A stretch of DNA of 32,524 bases from Octopus bimaculoides (lineage: Eukaryota): contig NC_068984.1 in NCBI RefSeq assembly GCF_001194135.2, positions 80,296,442 through 80,328,965 on the forward strand. Direction: 5' to 3'. Position numbers and translations under genes: made by a program. Below the pieces are notes generated by a model. That model had not been told where the DNA came from. It was given only the letters and a program-made list of their open reading frames with translations, and searched no databases. Of the stretch, positions 32,178 through 32,524 are shown piece after piece (position 1 is the stretch's first letter; every line of letters begins with the position of its first letter).

Positions 32178-32524
32178 AAGCACAACTACAAGGTAAGACA
32201 TTTGTTGTTTTGGGGGGAGGGGATTCAGTGGGGGTTTGTTGCTTGTATTTATTTTTGTCGAACAAGAAATCTCCACTGCGTTCCACGCATTTGTCTGCCT
32301 GTGGTTGTGTTTAAAGTCTCACTTAGCGGTGAGAAGTGCGTATTGTGGGGCGTATCCCTCCTTCTATAATTGTGCTTATTTCTTACCAGTTTTTGTGACT
32401 GTTTTGTGACCTTACCAAGAGGCTTACCGAGTTGGCCAGGAGTACCAGGACGGCCAGAAGAGTTTGCTGTGGTTTGGAACTGTTTCTTGCCTTCTTGCAG
32501 TTTTTTAAAACTCTGTGAACTTCT

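Noticed and set aside
1-32524. CRISPR arrays, rRNA, bacterial or phage genes
   Set aside because: No regularly spaced repeat-spacer array, rRNA-like sequence or gene-dense operon; the sequence is metazoan.

Overview
Eukaryotic, AT-rich, microsatellite-dense draft-assembly DNA. Eight N-gaps (989-1219, 3746-4257, 5573-6379, 8770-8779, 17183-17744, 18954-19130, 20547-20566, 26728-26994) make up about 8% of the window. The tRNA-derived SINE families and simple-repeat style match what I recall from Octopus genomes; this is an inference, not searched. No complete protein-coding gene can be named, and the long ORFs in the track are almost all gap or microsatellite artefacts. The window is mostly intronic/intergenic. 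It holds about 20 SINE copies, relics of three mariner loci, a hAT transposase, a Tx1/L1-like LINE, a Penelope-like (GIY-YIG) element and possibly an RTE. It also has a CpG-rich, probably bidirectional promoter at about 8.3-8.9 kb and a few candidate exons. The standout is a 458-bp insertion (30301-30758) flanked by a perfect 16-bp target-site duplication. It is a fold-back whose two arms each carry a minimal Penelope-type hammerhead ribozyme motif, with a tRNA-derived Pol III promoter in the loop pointing at the arm with the intact catalytic core. This suggests a hammerhead-bearing SINE mobilised by Penelope-like machinery. A second, sequence-unrelated fold-back with a tRNA-like B-box lies at 7795-8071. 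All alignments and translations were done by eye.
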